This document shows, one piece after another, positions 19,802-29,701 of a DNA stretch of 64,000 bases. The position numbers and the translations under genes were made by a program. Every line of letters starts with the position of its first letter. The first letter of the stretch is position 1. The notes below the pieces were generated by a model. That model made no database searches and was not told where the DNA came from. It was given only the letters and a program-made list of their open reading frames with translations. Origin of the DNA: Candidatus Thorarchaeota archaeon (GTDB lineage Archaea; Asgardarchaeota; Thorarchaeia; Thorarchaeales; Thorarchaeaceae); assembly GCA_048882485.1 (NCBI GenBank), contig JBHLRP010000001.1, positions 281,466 to 345,465 on the forward strand. Reading direction: 5' to 3'.

Positions 19802-19934
19802 CCGTCTAACAACGTTTCGACTGATGCCGATTATGAGACAAGAGGTTTTTTAACGGGTATGCGGACAATCAAACTAGTCAAGAGTACTAGTCACTCAAGA
19901 CTTTCTTGGTGTTATAACACTAGGAGTGAAGAGA

Positions 19935-20996
19935 ATGAGCTCAAGTAACAAAGGCATTATAGCCATTATCGTCATCGTGATTATTGGCGTTGGCGCTGTT
20001 GCAACCTACATGTTTCTAAATCCGCCAGTGCTACCCGATAATCCCGACGAGATAGCTATCGTGTTTGCTACAGGTGGTCTTGGAGACAAGTCATTCAATG
20101 ATGGCTGTTTCAAGGGAGCCACCGATGCAGAAGATGATTTTGGCATAAGCTTCACTTATGTCGAACCAACTGCGATAAGCGAATACGAGGGCTTCCATCG
20201 TGCGTACGCAGCACATGCAGACTATGCAGATCCTTATGACCTGATTATCGGTATTGGATTTGACCAAGCTGATGCAATTCAGGCTGTTGCAGAAGACTAC
20301 CCTGATCAGAAGTGGGCAATCGTCGATATGTGGGTCAACGACACTACATATCCGAATGTAGCATCTCTGCTATTCAATGAACACGAGGGTTCCGCTCTAG
20401 TCGGTGCGATGGCAGGTCTAACAACTCAGACTGGCAAGGTGGGCTTTGTTGGTGGAATGGATATTCCGCTAATCAACAAGTTCGCTGCTGGCTACATCTT
20501 TGGTGCAAACTACACCTTCTATGAGACGAACGGAACAGAGATTGACTTTGATATTGCCTATACAAATGACTGGGTTGATACAGCTGCGGGCCAGACTCTG
20601 GCTGATGGTATGTACTCAACCGGTACCGACATCATCTTCGCTGCAGCTGGACGTTCTGGATTGGGTGTGTTTGACAGCGTTGCAGCAAACAATGCTACCT
20701 ATGGACCTCTATGGTGCATTGGAGTGGACTCTCCACAGATGTACCTTGAACCAGGCCTCGTTTTGTCTTCAATGCTGAAGAGAGTTGATGTGGCAGTCTA
20801 CGACATCATTGATGACGTAGTTGGCGGCACATTTACGACTTTCAACCTATTCACCCTCGCAAACGGCGGAGTTGGCTATGAAGTCAATGCCACGCTATAT
20901 GAGGTTGATGCAGCAATTCTTTCAGCGGTGGAAGACCTGAAAGCCGATATCATCGCTGGTACTGTCACTGTACCTGATGCTATCTACTGGACCTAG
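19935..20996 (+). CDS. BMP-family (PnrA/BmpA-like) nucleoside ABC transporter substrate-binding protein
   Basis: 'GGLGDKSFN', 'EGSALVG', 'GFVGGMDIPLI', 'IGVDSPQ', 'SMLKRVD'; N-terminal TM anchor and several NxS/T sequons; AGGAG SD before ATG at 19935. Confidence 0.92.
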   Translation: MSSSNKGIIAIIVIVIIGVGAVATYMFLNPPVLPDNPDEIAIVFATGGLGDKSFNDGCFKGATDAEDDFGISFTYVEPTAISEYEGFHRAYAAHADYADPYDLIIGIGFDQADAIQAVAEDYPDQKWAIVDMWVNDTTYPNVASLLFNEHEGSALVGAMAGLTTQTGKVGFVGGMDIPLINKFAAGYIFGANYTFYETNGTEIDFDIAYTNDWVDTAAGQTLADGMYSTGTDIIFAAAGRSGLGVFDSVAANNATYGPLWCIGVDSPQMYLEPGLVLSSMLKRVDVAVYDIIDDVVGGTFTTFNLFTLANGGVGYEVNATLYEVDAAILSAVEDLKADIIAGTVTVPDAIYWT

Positions 20997-21010
20997 TCTG
21001 TGCAAAGCAA

Positions 21011-21046
21011 AGGAGAGGCGAAAGCCTCTCTTCTCCCATTTTTATT
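21011..21046 (+). terminator. GAAA-tetraloop hairpin plus U-rich tract between SBP and ATPase genes
   Basis: AGGAGAGGC-GAAA-GCCTCTCTT then ctcccatttttatt. Confidence 0.6.
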
Positions 21047-21132
21047 CATTCTCACTTCTCAAGCCACTACTGTTAAGTAGGCCTTATCCCTCAAATGAGG
21101 CAAAGCTGCCCATATTACCGATGCAGGAGGTT

Positions 21133-22728
21133 ATGGCCATCTACGCAGTTGAGCTTGAAAACATCTTCAAGATCTTCCCTGGCGGAGTTGAAGCAAACAA
21201 GGATATCACGCTCCGTATAGAAGAGGGCGAGGTGCATGGTTTGCTGGGTGAGAATGGAGCCGGGAAGTCGACGCTCATGAATATTCTCTACGGATTACTC
21301 AACCCCACATCGGGAACTATCAAGATACGTGGAGAAGAAGTAATCCTAAACTCGCCAACAGATGCTATTATTCGAGGCGTTGGAATGGTTCACCAACACT
21401 TCAAACTCATTCCTCCATTAACAGTCACAGAAAACGTCATTCTTGGAATGGAGCCCGTTCTTCGGTCCGTACACGCTGGTGGTGCCCGATTCTCTGCATT
21501 ACTCCGAAATACTCTTCCAATGAACATTAGCGGGGCAGCAAAACGAATCAGAAACATTGCCGAAGAAAATGGCTTGGATATTGATCCTAATGCCAAGATA
21601 AGGGATATTTCAGTTGGTCTGCAGCAGCGCGTTGAAATCATCAAGACCCTATATCGGGAGGCAGAAATTCTAATCCTTGATGAACCTACTTCAGTTTTGA
21701 CTCCTCATGAAGTAGATGAGCTGTTTGAAACACTTGAGAAATTTAGGGAACAAGGGAAGACGATTATTCTAATCACCCACAAGTTGAGGGAGCCTATGGC
21801 GCTATGCGATCGCATTTCGGTCCTTCGAGATGGTGAACTTGTAGGGACAGTAAACAAGGTTGATACTTCTCCTGAGGAGCTTGCGCAGATGATGGTTGGT
21901 CGACCTGTAGTCTTTAGAGTCGAAAAACCGCCGAACATTCCTGGAGAAGAAGTTCTCCGGGTTGAAGATTTGCGTGTAAATGACAATCGTGATTTGTTGG
22001 CTGTCAAGGGCATATCGTTCTCAGTCAAAGCCGGAGAGATATTTGGCATAGCTGGAGTTGAAGGGAATGGCCAGACTGAGCTTGTTGAATCCATAACTGG
22101 TCTTCGGAAAGCAATAAGCGGAAAGGTCTTTGTCAGCGGGAAGGAAATTACGGGATCAAGTCCCCGGAAGGTTAGGGAATCTGGTGTGAGTCATATTCCT
22201 GAAGACCGCCACGCTCGGGGTCTCATTCTTCCTTTCACTGTGGTAGAGAATTTGGTGTTGGGAAGTCACTACTATCCTCCGCACTCAACTGGACCCGGAG
22301 GTTCATTGCTCGATCAAGATGAAAGCGAAATAGCTTCGGACAGACTTGTTAAGGAGTATTCAATCAAGATTAGAGATTTGAGAAGCAAGGCTAGTACGCT
22401 ATCAGGTGGGAATCAACAGAAAGTAGTAGTGGCTCGTGAACTTGCTACGTTTCCCAAATTGGTGGTGGCCGCTCAGCCAACTCGAGGCCTAGACGTAGGT
22501 GCCACTGAATACATCCATAGAGTATTGATACGAATGAGAAATGAGGGCGTCGCAGTCCTATTGGTATCTGCGGAGCTCGATGAGATCAGAATGTTGGCTG
22601 ATAGAATCGGGGTGATTTATGAAGGCAAGTTGGTCGCATTGAAAGATCCTGACCAAACTGATGCGCGAGAACTTGGCTTGCTAATGGCAGGCCATGGTGC
22701 TGAAAATGCACAGGAGGCTGCTAACTGA
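21133..22728 (+). CDS. Nucleoside ABC transporter ATP-binding protein (two ABC domains, NupA/YufO-like)
   Basis: GENGAGKST, 'ILDEPTSVL', 'GVEGNGQ', 'LSGGNQQK', 'QPTRGLD'; GGAGG SD before ATG at 21133. Confidence 0.93.
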   Translation: MAIYAVELENIFKIFPGGVEANKDITLRIEEGEVHGLLGENGAGKSTLMNILYGLLNPTSGTIKIRGEEVILNSPTDAIIRGVGMVHQHFKLIPPLTVTENVILGMEPVLRSVHAGGARFSALLRNTLPMNISGAAKRIRNIAEENGLDIDPNAKIRDISVGLQQRVEIIKTLYREAEILILDEPTSVLTPHEVDELFETLEKFREQGKTIILITHKLREPMALCDRISVLRDGELVGTVNKVDTSPEELAQMMVGRPVVFRVEKPPNIPGEEVLRVEDLRVNDNRDLLAVKGISFSVKAGEIFGIAGVEGNGQTELVESITGLRKAISGKVFVSGKEITGSSPRKVRESGVSHIPEDRHARGLILPFTVVENLVLGSHYYPPHSTGPGGSLLDQDESEIASDRLVKEYSIKIRDLRSKASTLSGGNQQKVVVARELATFPKLVVAAQPTRGLDVGATEYIHRVLIRMRNEGVAVLLVSAELDEIRMLADRIGVIYEGKLVALKDPDQTDARELGLLMAGHGAENAQEAAN

Positions 22729-24230
22729 TGGCCACGACGAATGATACCCCTCCTGAACAGGACGCTGATATGCAGCAAGAGTCTGAATCTCAAGATAAAG
22801 TGGTGCTCTTTCTGCTTGGTATAAAGGACAAAATAATGAGCAAGGAGTTTCAGAAACAAGCCTTGTGGACAATAGGATCCATTATCTTGGCGCTTCTAGT
22901 AAGCGGTGTCCTAATCGCATTGACTGGAAATGACCCCTTACTTGCATTCAGCTCACTTGCACTAGGCGCCATTGGCCAACTTGACTTAGTGATGAGATAC
23001 GCAACGCCATTGATACTCACAGGGCTCTCAGTAGCGCTAGCTTTTAGGTGTGGCTTGTTCAACATCGGTCCTGAGGGGCAACTATACATGGGCGGCATTG
23101 TCGCGGCAATATTCGGTTTTATGGTTTCTCTGCCAATCTTCGTCCATCCTATCGTATGCTTGGCAATGGGCGGGTTAGCAGGCGCCTGTTGGGGCTTTAT
23201 ACCTGGAATCCTAAAGGCCTATCGCGGAGCTCATGAGGTGGTAACCTCGATGATGCTCTCCTATACTGCAATACTCCTCACACAATGGCTCGTCACCTAT
23301 CCTCTAAAAGAGCAGGGCCCCTATGATTGGATATCACAGACTCCTCGGCTCTATGATACTGCTATTCTTCCCCCTCTTCTTGGCAGCAACTATATGCACT
23401 TTGGACTCATCGTTGCTTTTCTCTGTGTCATTGGGGTTGACATTCTCATAAACAGAACTGTACTTGGATATGAGTTGCGTGCAGTCGGGTACAATGAGAA
23501 GGCAGCGGAGTATTCAGGGATAAATCCGAAGAAGAATATCACCCTCGCAATGACTTTTGCAGGTGCTTTGGCTGGGCTAGCTGGTGCGGAAGAGATAATG
23601 GGCACCTATGAACGATTTACTGACAATTGGTCAGGAGGGCTTGGATGGGATGGAATAACCGTAGCAGTTCTTGGGAGGAATAATCCTTGGGGTGTTCTTG
23701 CAGGTGCAATCTTCTTTGGGGCGCTTCGTGCGGGCGGTCAGACCATGCAGCTCAGGGCTGATGTTCCTGCTGAGATGGTGAGTGTCATTCAGGGCCTCAT
23801 TGTGCTTTTTGTTGCAGCTCCACGTATAATTGATTGGCTTGCAAAGCACAATGTGGGTTTCGCGCATTGGATTCAGAAGAAGCCAAAAATAGCACTTCCA
23901 GCATATGCTTTGGTCATTACTAACTTCCTTTCCATTCTCTTTGCGTTTGGCGGATTAATTGATGTCCATATGACCCAAGCTCTCATTCTTATGATCGTAG
24001 CTTTCGCATCAATAGGAGCATTCATTCTTACTCTATCACGAAGAGAAAGGGGCCCATTGACATCCCTTGCCACCTACATTCTATGGATAGTAGCTGCAGG
24101 CGTTGGATTGGTAATGGCAACCGAGTATTTGCTCGTACCCTTGATCATCGGTGTCATTGGTCTTATCATGTCGCTCTACATCTTCTACATGGCGAAGTCA
24201 GCAGATTTTGACCAAGGAGGTGACGCCTGA
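22728..24230 (+). CDS. Nucleoside ABC transporter permease (NupB/YufP-like) with C-terminal TM extension
   Basis: 'GLFNIGPEGQ', 'HEVVTSMML', 'GYELRAVG', 'GWDGITVAVLG'. Confidence 0.9.
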   Translation: MATTNDTPPEQDADMQQESESQDKVVLFLLGIKDKIMSKEFQKQALWTIGSIILALLVSGVLIALTGNDPLLAFSSLALGAIGQLDLVMRYATPLILTGLSVALAFRCGLFNIGPEGQLYMGGIVAAIFGFMVSLPIFVHPIVCLAMGGLAGACWGFIPGILKAYRGAHEVVTSMMLSYTAILLTQWLVTYPLKEQGPYDWISQTPRLYDTAILPPLLGSNYMHFGLIVAFLCVIGVDILINRTVLGYELRAVGYNEKAAEYSGINPKKNITLAMTFAGALAGLAGAEEIMGTYERFTDNWSGGLGWDGITVAVLGRNNPWGVLAGAIFFGALRAGGQTMQLRADVPAEMVSVIQGLIVLFVAAPRIIDWLAKHNVGFAHWIQKKPKIALPAYALVITNFLSILFAFGGLIDVHMTQALILMIVAFASIGAFILTLSRRERGPLTSLATYILWIVAAGVGLVMATEYLLVPLIIGVIGLIMSLYIFYMAKSADFDQGGDA

Positions 24231-25189
24231 TGCAGGGTATGGATGTAACACTCAATTTGATTGGGTGGTTGGTAATGGCGACGCTGCAAAGCTCAACTCC
24301 TTTGGTCTTAACTGCTCTCGGCGGGATGTTTTCGGAACGGTCAGGAGTAGTGAATATCGGACTAGAAGGCATGATGCTAATAGGAGCCTTCAGTGCTGTC
24401 GCAGCAACATACTTCACAGATAATCCTTGGATGGGCATTCTTGTGGCTGTAATTTCAGGGGGAATGCTCGCTGGAGCACATGCTATTGTCTGCGTCAAAT
24501 TCAAGGGTGATCATATCGTAAGTGGCACCGGCGTAATTCTGTTCGGAGGAGGATTTACCACCCTAATGCTTGATGTAGTATGGGGCCGTCGAGGTTATTC
24601 TGAACAAGTTACACAGCTTCCGAAAGTCAACTTGCAGCCATATATTGGTGACATACCCATTATTGGAACTGCATTTGGCAATCTCTCACCTATTGTCTAT
24701 TGGATGTTCATTATAACAGGCATTTCGTTATATGTGCTATACAAGACACCTTTTGGCCTTAGACTTCGGGCGGCTGGAGAGGATCCAAGCACTCTTGACG
24801 CTGCGGGTGTGAATGTGGAATGGACTCGTGCTATTGGAGTTGTCCTTAGTGGATGCCTCGCTGGTCTTGGAGGTGCATATCTTTCAATAGGATTCGGCTC
24901 CGCCTTTGGGAAACTGATGACATCCGGTAGAGGATTTATCGCATTGGCTGCTATGATTTTTGGCAATTGGACTCCAATAGGTTGCCTCCTGGCTGGCATA
25001 TTCTTTGGATTTCTAAATGGCCTTCAGTATGCTCTGGTGCTAGCACCAGGATTTGAATGGCTGCAACCATATAACAATTTCATTCAAATGATACCCTTCA
25101 TACTAGTAATTGTCGCACTATCTGGAATACGCAAGTCAATACCACCGAAGGGAATTGCGGTACCTTATGAAAAAGAAGCAAAAGCATAG
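24230..25189 (+). CDS. Nucleoside ABC transporter permease (NupC/YufQ-like)
   Basis: 'SERSGVVNIGLEG', 'GLRLRAAGE', 'GRGFIALAAMIFG'. Confidence 0.92.
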   Translation: MQGMDVTLNLIGWLVMATLQSSTPLVLTALGGMFSERSGVVNIGLEGMMLIGAFSAVAATYFTDNPWMGILVAVISGGMLAGAHAIVCVKFKGDHIVSGTGVILFGGGFTTLMLDVVWGRRGYSEQVTQLPKVNLQPYIGDIPIIGTAFGNLSPIVYWMFIITGISLYVLYKTPFGLRLRAAGEDPSTLDAAGVNVEWTRAIGVVLSGCLAGLGGAYLSIGFGSAFGKLMTSGRGFIALAAMIFGNWTPIGCLLAGIFFGFLNGLQYALVLAPGFEWLQPYNNFIQMIPFILVIVALSGIRKSIPPKGIAVPYEKEAKA

Positions 25190-25193
25190 CGAG

Positions 25194-25227
25194 GCCGCTG
25201 CTTTTATGGCGGCGTCATTCTTTATTT
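25194..25227 (+). terminator. Hairpin plus U-rich tract after ABC operon
   Basis: GCCGCTG-CTTTTA-TGGCGGC then gtcattctttattt. Confidence 0.5.
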
Positions 25228-25281
25228 CCGACTGATGTCAGGATTACCTTTAAAACGAAACCATCCGGGCGATGAGTTACC

Positions 25282-25728
25282 TTGAAGAGAATTCACAACA
25301 GGAATCCGCTGATGTTATGTCTTATTGGCGGGTTGCTCATGATATCCTCTGGTGCGAGCGGAGCGATTGGTACCCTTGCTGAATTAGCTCCTCACCTAGG
25401 GAGTCTGTTCGGGACGGGGTTTGCCCTCACCTTTGATATCATTATGGGGATTCTTGCGGCTCTAACACTCATTGGTGGCGTTGGTGTGATTGTCGGAGGC
25501 GTAGTTCTGACCACACGTTTCTATCGGCTTGGAAGAGTTGTTGTTATATTATGCATCGTGATGGGCGTTACAGGTCTCATCATGAGTCTGATCCAATTAC
25601 TAATGGCGGGAACCCTGATGATGGGTCTATCCATGCAACTTGCTCAATCGGTGGGCTGGATCGGTGCGATCTTCTCATTGATTGCTCAGACAATTGCCGA
25701 GCAGCCTTCAATGCTTGTTTCATTGTGA
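25282..25728 (+). CDS. Hypothetical 4-TM membrane protein
   Basis: Four Gly-rich hydrophobic segments. Confidence 0.7.
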   Translation: MKRIHNRNPLMLCLIGGLLMISSGASGAIGTLAELAPHLGSLFGTGFALTFDIIMGILAALTLIGGVGVIVGGVVLTTRFYRLGRVVVILCIVMGVTGLIMSLIQLLMAGTLMMGLSMQLAQSVGWIGAIFSLIAQTIAEQPSMLVSL

Positions 25729-25732
25729 AACG

Positions 25733-26128
25733 TTACACATCAAGAACTGAAACGGATGTTTCGAGCAACTTGGCAGCCTGAATGCACTCACGAAGGATCC
25801 CTGACTTATCTTGATCCATCGGTGCGAAGCACGATACAAACCAAACTCCCTTGCCTGTGCCCACAATGAGAGCTATAGCCCCCTCTGGATTTATCGCGAC
25901 AAATCCATTCTTCTCAGTCATAGCGCTCAGGAATGAGATCTGCTTGACTACGAAATTGCTAGTTCCGCCATTCCAGGCACTGAAGATTGCATGGAGATTA
26001 TTCGCGGAAAGCTGCATATTGTCAGTTGCATACGCGATTCTCCCTTCATAGGAGAATACAGCAGAGCCAATGATTCCTTCATAGTTGGACATTGCGATGT
26101 CTATAGTCCTCTTGATGCGCATGACCAT
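25733..26128 (-). CDS. Profilin-like protein (Asgard eukaryotic signature protein)
   Basis: 131 aa; helix1, then 'IIGSAVFSYEGRIAYATDN' (compare Asgard profilin GxAIxxxxGxLxxQTxNW), 'FVVKQISF', 'VAIN..G.IALIV', and a C-terminal helix 'ILRECIQAAKLL', giving a profilin topology. Confidence 0.7.
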   Translation of the reverse strand: MVMRIKRTIDIAMSNYEGIIGSAVFSYEGRIAYATDNMQLSANNLHAIFSAWNGGTSNFVVKQISFLSAMTEKNGFVAINPEGAIALIVGTGKGVWFVSCFAPMDQDKSGILRECIQAAKLLETSVSVLDV

Positions 26129-26182
26129 TCTGATGTCCCATTATGAACTCCATCTAATGATAGAAATAGGTATGTGGCGTAT

Positions 26183-26770
26183 CTAGTTGGATGTGAACAT
26201 CATTGCTTTTGCTAGAAGCAGAGTTCTTGCATGAAGCTCCTCGTTAGATACGTGAGATGTCAACCGGTTACCCTTGACAGACATACCATGCCTTAGCGCA
26301 ATGGCCTCAAGGTTGTCGCCAAGCAATTTTGATGATGTTAGCCGATAGTTGAACCAATCTCCGTTTGCTCCCTTTATTAGACAATTGACATCTATATAGC
26401 GATCATCGTCAAGCAGTAGTCTGAAATTCTTCCCTATAGACTGCTTAATTGTCACATCTGCACCAAGGATACCCCTCAGGACTCCCTCGGTGAATATCGC
26501 AGCTGGACTCGGGAGGAAAGCCCAGGTCCAGAAGCTATATGCTAGTATCATGAGGCAGAGAGCCAGGAAGAAGCCTATGGTGTTGTATGATGCTATTACT
26601 TCGAACCCCTGTATCCACCCATCCGAAAATATCTCGGGTGGCGTCAAGTCAAAGATCCCTGGTGAATAGAAGAGATAGAAAGCAACGGTGCCTACAATGA
26701 GGATTGCAGAGAATGCAATCTTCTCTCTCTCCTTGTAAAGCGCCCTTGCGTTCGTGAGCAGCTCGTCCAT
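26183..26770 (-). CDS. Hypothetical 2-TM membrane protein
   Basis: Two hydrophobic helices plus a soluble C-domain; ATG at 26770 overlaps the upstream TAA (TAATG coupling). Confidence 0.7.
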   Translation of the reverse strand: MDELLTNARALYKEREKIAFSAILIVGTVAFYLFYSPGIFDLTPPEIFSDGWIQGFEVIASYNTIGFFLALCLMILAYSFWTWAFLPSPAAIFTEGVLRGILGADVTIKQSIGKNFRLLLDDDRYIDVNCLIKGANGDWFNYRLTSSKLLGDNLEAIALRHGMSVKGNRLTSHVSNEELHARTLLLAKAMMFTSN

Positions 26771-27132
26771 TACTCTTCCTCCAGGGCTTTCAGGTAGATG
26801 TTCTTTGTTTCTCTTCCGTAAGCTCGACATATGTCAACAAGCACTCCCAAAAGGGGGTGCTCATTGTTGATTCTGATTGAATACAGCTTGGGAGTGAGTT
26901 GATCAATCAAGATCATCCTGTCCTCTTGAAGGTGTGCCAGCACACCCCTGTAGAGACTTCTTGATTTCCCACTGTACCCTATCAGACGACTGAGTTGGAC
27001 ACCACTGACGCTACGAGGGTATATGTGTCCCAGAGCCAAGAGTATCGCTCTCTTGGTGTCGTTGAGTGACGACATGAGCTGGAGCAGTTCATACACTGTG
27101 CGGCGTGTGTCTCCCTCTGCCATCGCAATCAT
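26770..27132 (-). CDS. Winged-helix DNA-binding protein
   Basis: 'TKRAILLAL...SGVQLSRLIG...LAHLQEDRMI' wHTH pattern. Confidence 0.65.
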   Translation of the reverse strand: MIAMAEGDTRRTVYELLQLMSSLNDTKRAILLALGHIYPRSVSGVQLSRLIGYSGKSRSLYRGVLAHLQEDRMILIDQLTPKLYSIRINNEHPLLGVLVDICRAYGRETKNIYLKALEEE

Positions 27133-27331
27133 GTCTTCCTTGGCACATCTAGTTGCTTGTGTCGCCCTTTACACAACATTTCTTGGACTAAAGGCTAGAT
27201 GCAAAGACTAGGATGCTTCTCAATATATCTTTCTTTCCTAATTTCGAATTGATTGCACCCTACATCAGTTAATAAGAGAGCATTCGAGTATGAGTCAAGA
27301 ACCTTGTATTCGTTGGAGGTTTATTCAGATT

Positions 27332-27898
27332 ATGGCTTTCGGTAGCAAATACTTCGGTTGGTTGTCAGCTATGGCGATAGTTCTCGCTGGAGGCTGGTTC
27401 CTCTTGCCAGCCGGGTATAACACCTTGATTCAGTGGATGGCTCCACAATTGGGTAACTATGTGCGGCCTTCACTTGTCATGGTCAACATTCTACTAGTCA
27501 ACCCATTGACCAATATCACGATGGTCGCGATTTGGGGTGCAGCTGGTTTTGTCGGAGGAGTGCTAGCTGGTACCAAGAAGGGGGCCTTCGTGGTAGGATT
27601 CATGACCTGGCTCTTCTGCATATTATTGGCTGGGTTTTGTGTCATTCAGATGTTCATGTCTGGCCTTGACTTGGGCTCAATTCCTCCAATTCCACCGGGT
27701 AGTTCGATTGTTGATATTCTAGGTATTCCACTGATCCAGGATGTGATTGGCGGAATACTCCCTATGATTGCAGGTTTTGCAGGTGGAGGTTTGGACATCT
27801 TCTCCATGATTCTGCCGCTTGTGATGTGGGTTGTTGTGCCAATCGTTGTGGTGATTGTAGCCGGAGTAGCTGGCGCGATGGTTCGTCCTAAGGAGTGA
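27332..27898 (+). CDS. Hypothetical multi-pass membrane protein
   Basis: Four to five hydrophobic segments; GGAGGT SD before ATG at 27332. Confidence 0.75.
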   Translation: MAFGSKYFGWLSAMAIVLAGGWFLLPAGYNTLIQWMAPQLGNYVRPSLVMVNILLVNPLTNITMVAIWGAAGFVGGVLAGTKKGAFVVGFMTWLFCILLAGFCVIQMFMSGLDLGSIPPIPPGSSIVDILGIPLIQDVIGGILPMIAGFAGGGLDIFSMILPLVMWVVVPIVVVIVAGVAGAMVRPKE

Positions 27899-27904
27899 TG
27901 ATAG

Positions 27905-29572
27905 ATGAAGCACGCATACAAGCACGCGTTTATTATTGTGTTAATGGGATTTCTACTGGTATCTCCAGCCGTGGCGGCTACTGTTTTCAAGAATAGCTAT
28001 ACCCCGGCACAGGACATTAGCATTGATGATCTTTTGTCTAACATTATAGAGCATGGTGCGGAACTCGTATTTGCAAACATCGACGAGGAAGGCGCACCAC
28101 AGGTAATCTATGGGCAGCTTGGAATACCCTCTGAGGATCTCGGTCTAACAACTGGCGGTGTTCTCTCTGAGATGTATACTGGCTGTATAGCCATGGTCCT
28201 GGTGGCAACCTATGGTGAGATGCTTCAGTACATCTTTGACCTAATTGGGTTCATGGGTACAAACGAATCAGATGGAGGGATCTTTCCGCTTCAGACTGAC
28301 ATGTTCAGCATGGACTCAATAATGGACCTCATCGGAGATGAACTCAATATGATGATCAATGTCTTCATTGATGTTGAAGCAACAACATCTCAGACGAGAA
28401 TGAACATGATAAAGAACCACCTGAGTCTCCAATTCGGATTCGGATTCTCAGAGCTGTTCTACTTGCGAATTGATGAGAGTTTCTTCCCTCCCGATGCAGG
28501 GATCCAACTTCCCTTCCAGTCACTCGATGTCTATATCAATCAGATGACGATTTCTGATCAAGAGGTCATTGACGCGATATTCAATGTTATGAACACTGGG
28601 GGCTTTGCAGATTCCATTGATCAGACAAAATTCAAGAATGCTGATGCGGCTGCAGCAGGTCTAGTTGCAATCCCTGATATGGACGCATTACTGAACCTAA
28701 TAAGTGGATTCTCTGGTTCTCCGCCAGCTAGTTTTGTTGTCTCAGACTTCTTTGCCTCGCAGTTCGACATCGGCAATCTAACACTGGAAGGGCCTCTGGC
28801 TGTTGCTGCAGTTGGATATCTTGGAAATCAGCTGCTATCAACTTCGAGTACTGATTTGGATATCTTTGCTGATCTGCTGGGTGCTACAACTGACATCGAA
28901 CCTTTGAGTCAAGGAATGTCAGCTGTCATTGCCAAATTCCCGTTCAACATCAATGTCACAGGATATTCCCCTGAGAACCAGGCTCAGAATCTCACATTCT
29001 ATGACAATTCTTCGAACATTATCTTCTGGAATGCAACTGGCCTAGGAACTCAGCCTGACTACAGTGTGACTTTCAATGCAACGAACTTACCACCTCTGAT
29101 AGCATTGGAGCGCACGTTCATACCGGATAGTTGTGCAGTGGGAGAATCGACTCAAGTTACAGTGACTGTGACCAATGATGGTGATGATCCTATCGCCAAC
29201 GTGTCACTTGATGATACTGCTTTCAGTGCGATCTATCCGGATGTTGCAGTCAGCGGCTCCACTACTGGATCCTGGCCATCGTTAGCAGCTGGAGCATCTC
29301 AGAGCATCACCTACACGGTGACATTCACTAATGAGGGTCGTTACACATTCCCCGGTGCAGTTGTCACCTACACCTACAATACGAACATCTTCAGCAAGGA
29401 CACACGCAATCAGGGCTTTGATGTGAATGCGGATATTGTAGGTCTGCTGCAGCAGGGAATTGCAGATGGCTGGCCTTACACTGGAATGATTCTTGGTCTA
29501 GTCGGTGTAACTGGCATCTACTCAGTCTTGGGATTGATTCGTGGCGGCGGTAGCGAGTACTATCAGACATAA
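27905..29572 (+). CDS. Secreted, C-terminally anchored surface glycoprotein with Ig-like (DUF11/BatD-like) domain
   Basis: Signal peptide (..PAVAA), many NxS/T sequons, 'VTVTVTNDGDDPIANVSLDD...SLAAGASQSITYTV...GRYTFPGAVVTY', C-terminal TM. Confidence 0.75.
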   Translation: MKHAYKHAFIIVLMGFLLVSPAVAATVFKNSYTPAQDISIDDLLSNIIEHGAELVFANIDEEGAPQVIYGQLGIPSEDLGLTTGGVLSEMYTGCIAMVLVATYGEMLQYIFDLIGFMGTNESDGGIFPLQTDMFSMDSIMDLIGDELNMMINVFIDVEATTSQTRMNMIKNHLSLQFGFGFSELFYLRIDESFFPPDAGIQLPFQSLDVYINQMTISDQEVIDAIFNVMNTGGFADSIDQTKFKNADAAAAGLVAIPDMDALLNLISGFSGSPPASFVVSDFFASQFDIGNLTLEGPLAVAAVGYLGNQLLSTSSTDLDIFADLLGATTDIEPLSQGMSAVIAKFPFNINVTGYSPENQAQNLTFYDNSSNIIFWNATGLGTQPDYSVTFNATNLPPLIALERTFIPDSCAVGESTQVTVTVTNDGDDPIANVSLDDTAFSAIYPDVAVSGSTTGSWPSLAAGASQSITYTVTFTNEGRYTFPGAVVTYTYNTNIFSKDTRNQGFDVNADIVGLLQQGIADGWPYTGMILGLVGVTGIYSVLGLIRGGGSEYYQT

Positions 29573-29581
29573 AACACACGA

Positions 29582-29632
29582 TGAATGGGTGCTCTATTTC
29601 TTCGGAGATGGGCACCCACTCAGGTTTCTTTT
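29582..29632 (+). terminator. Long hairpin with cUUCGg tetraloop plus U-tract
   Basis: TGAATGGGTGCTCTATTTC-TTCG-GAGATGGGCACCCACTCA then ggtttctttt. Confidence 0.65.
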
Positions 29633-29701
29633 GCCGAGCTTGGCAACAATAGACTCAGATTTTCTTATGATTCTCCATTCATCTTGAGTATGCGAGCTCA
29701 T

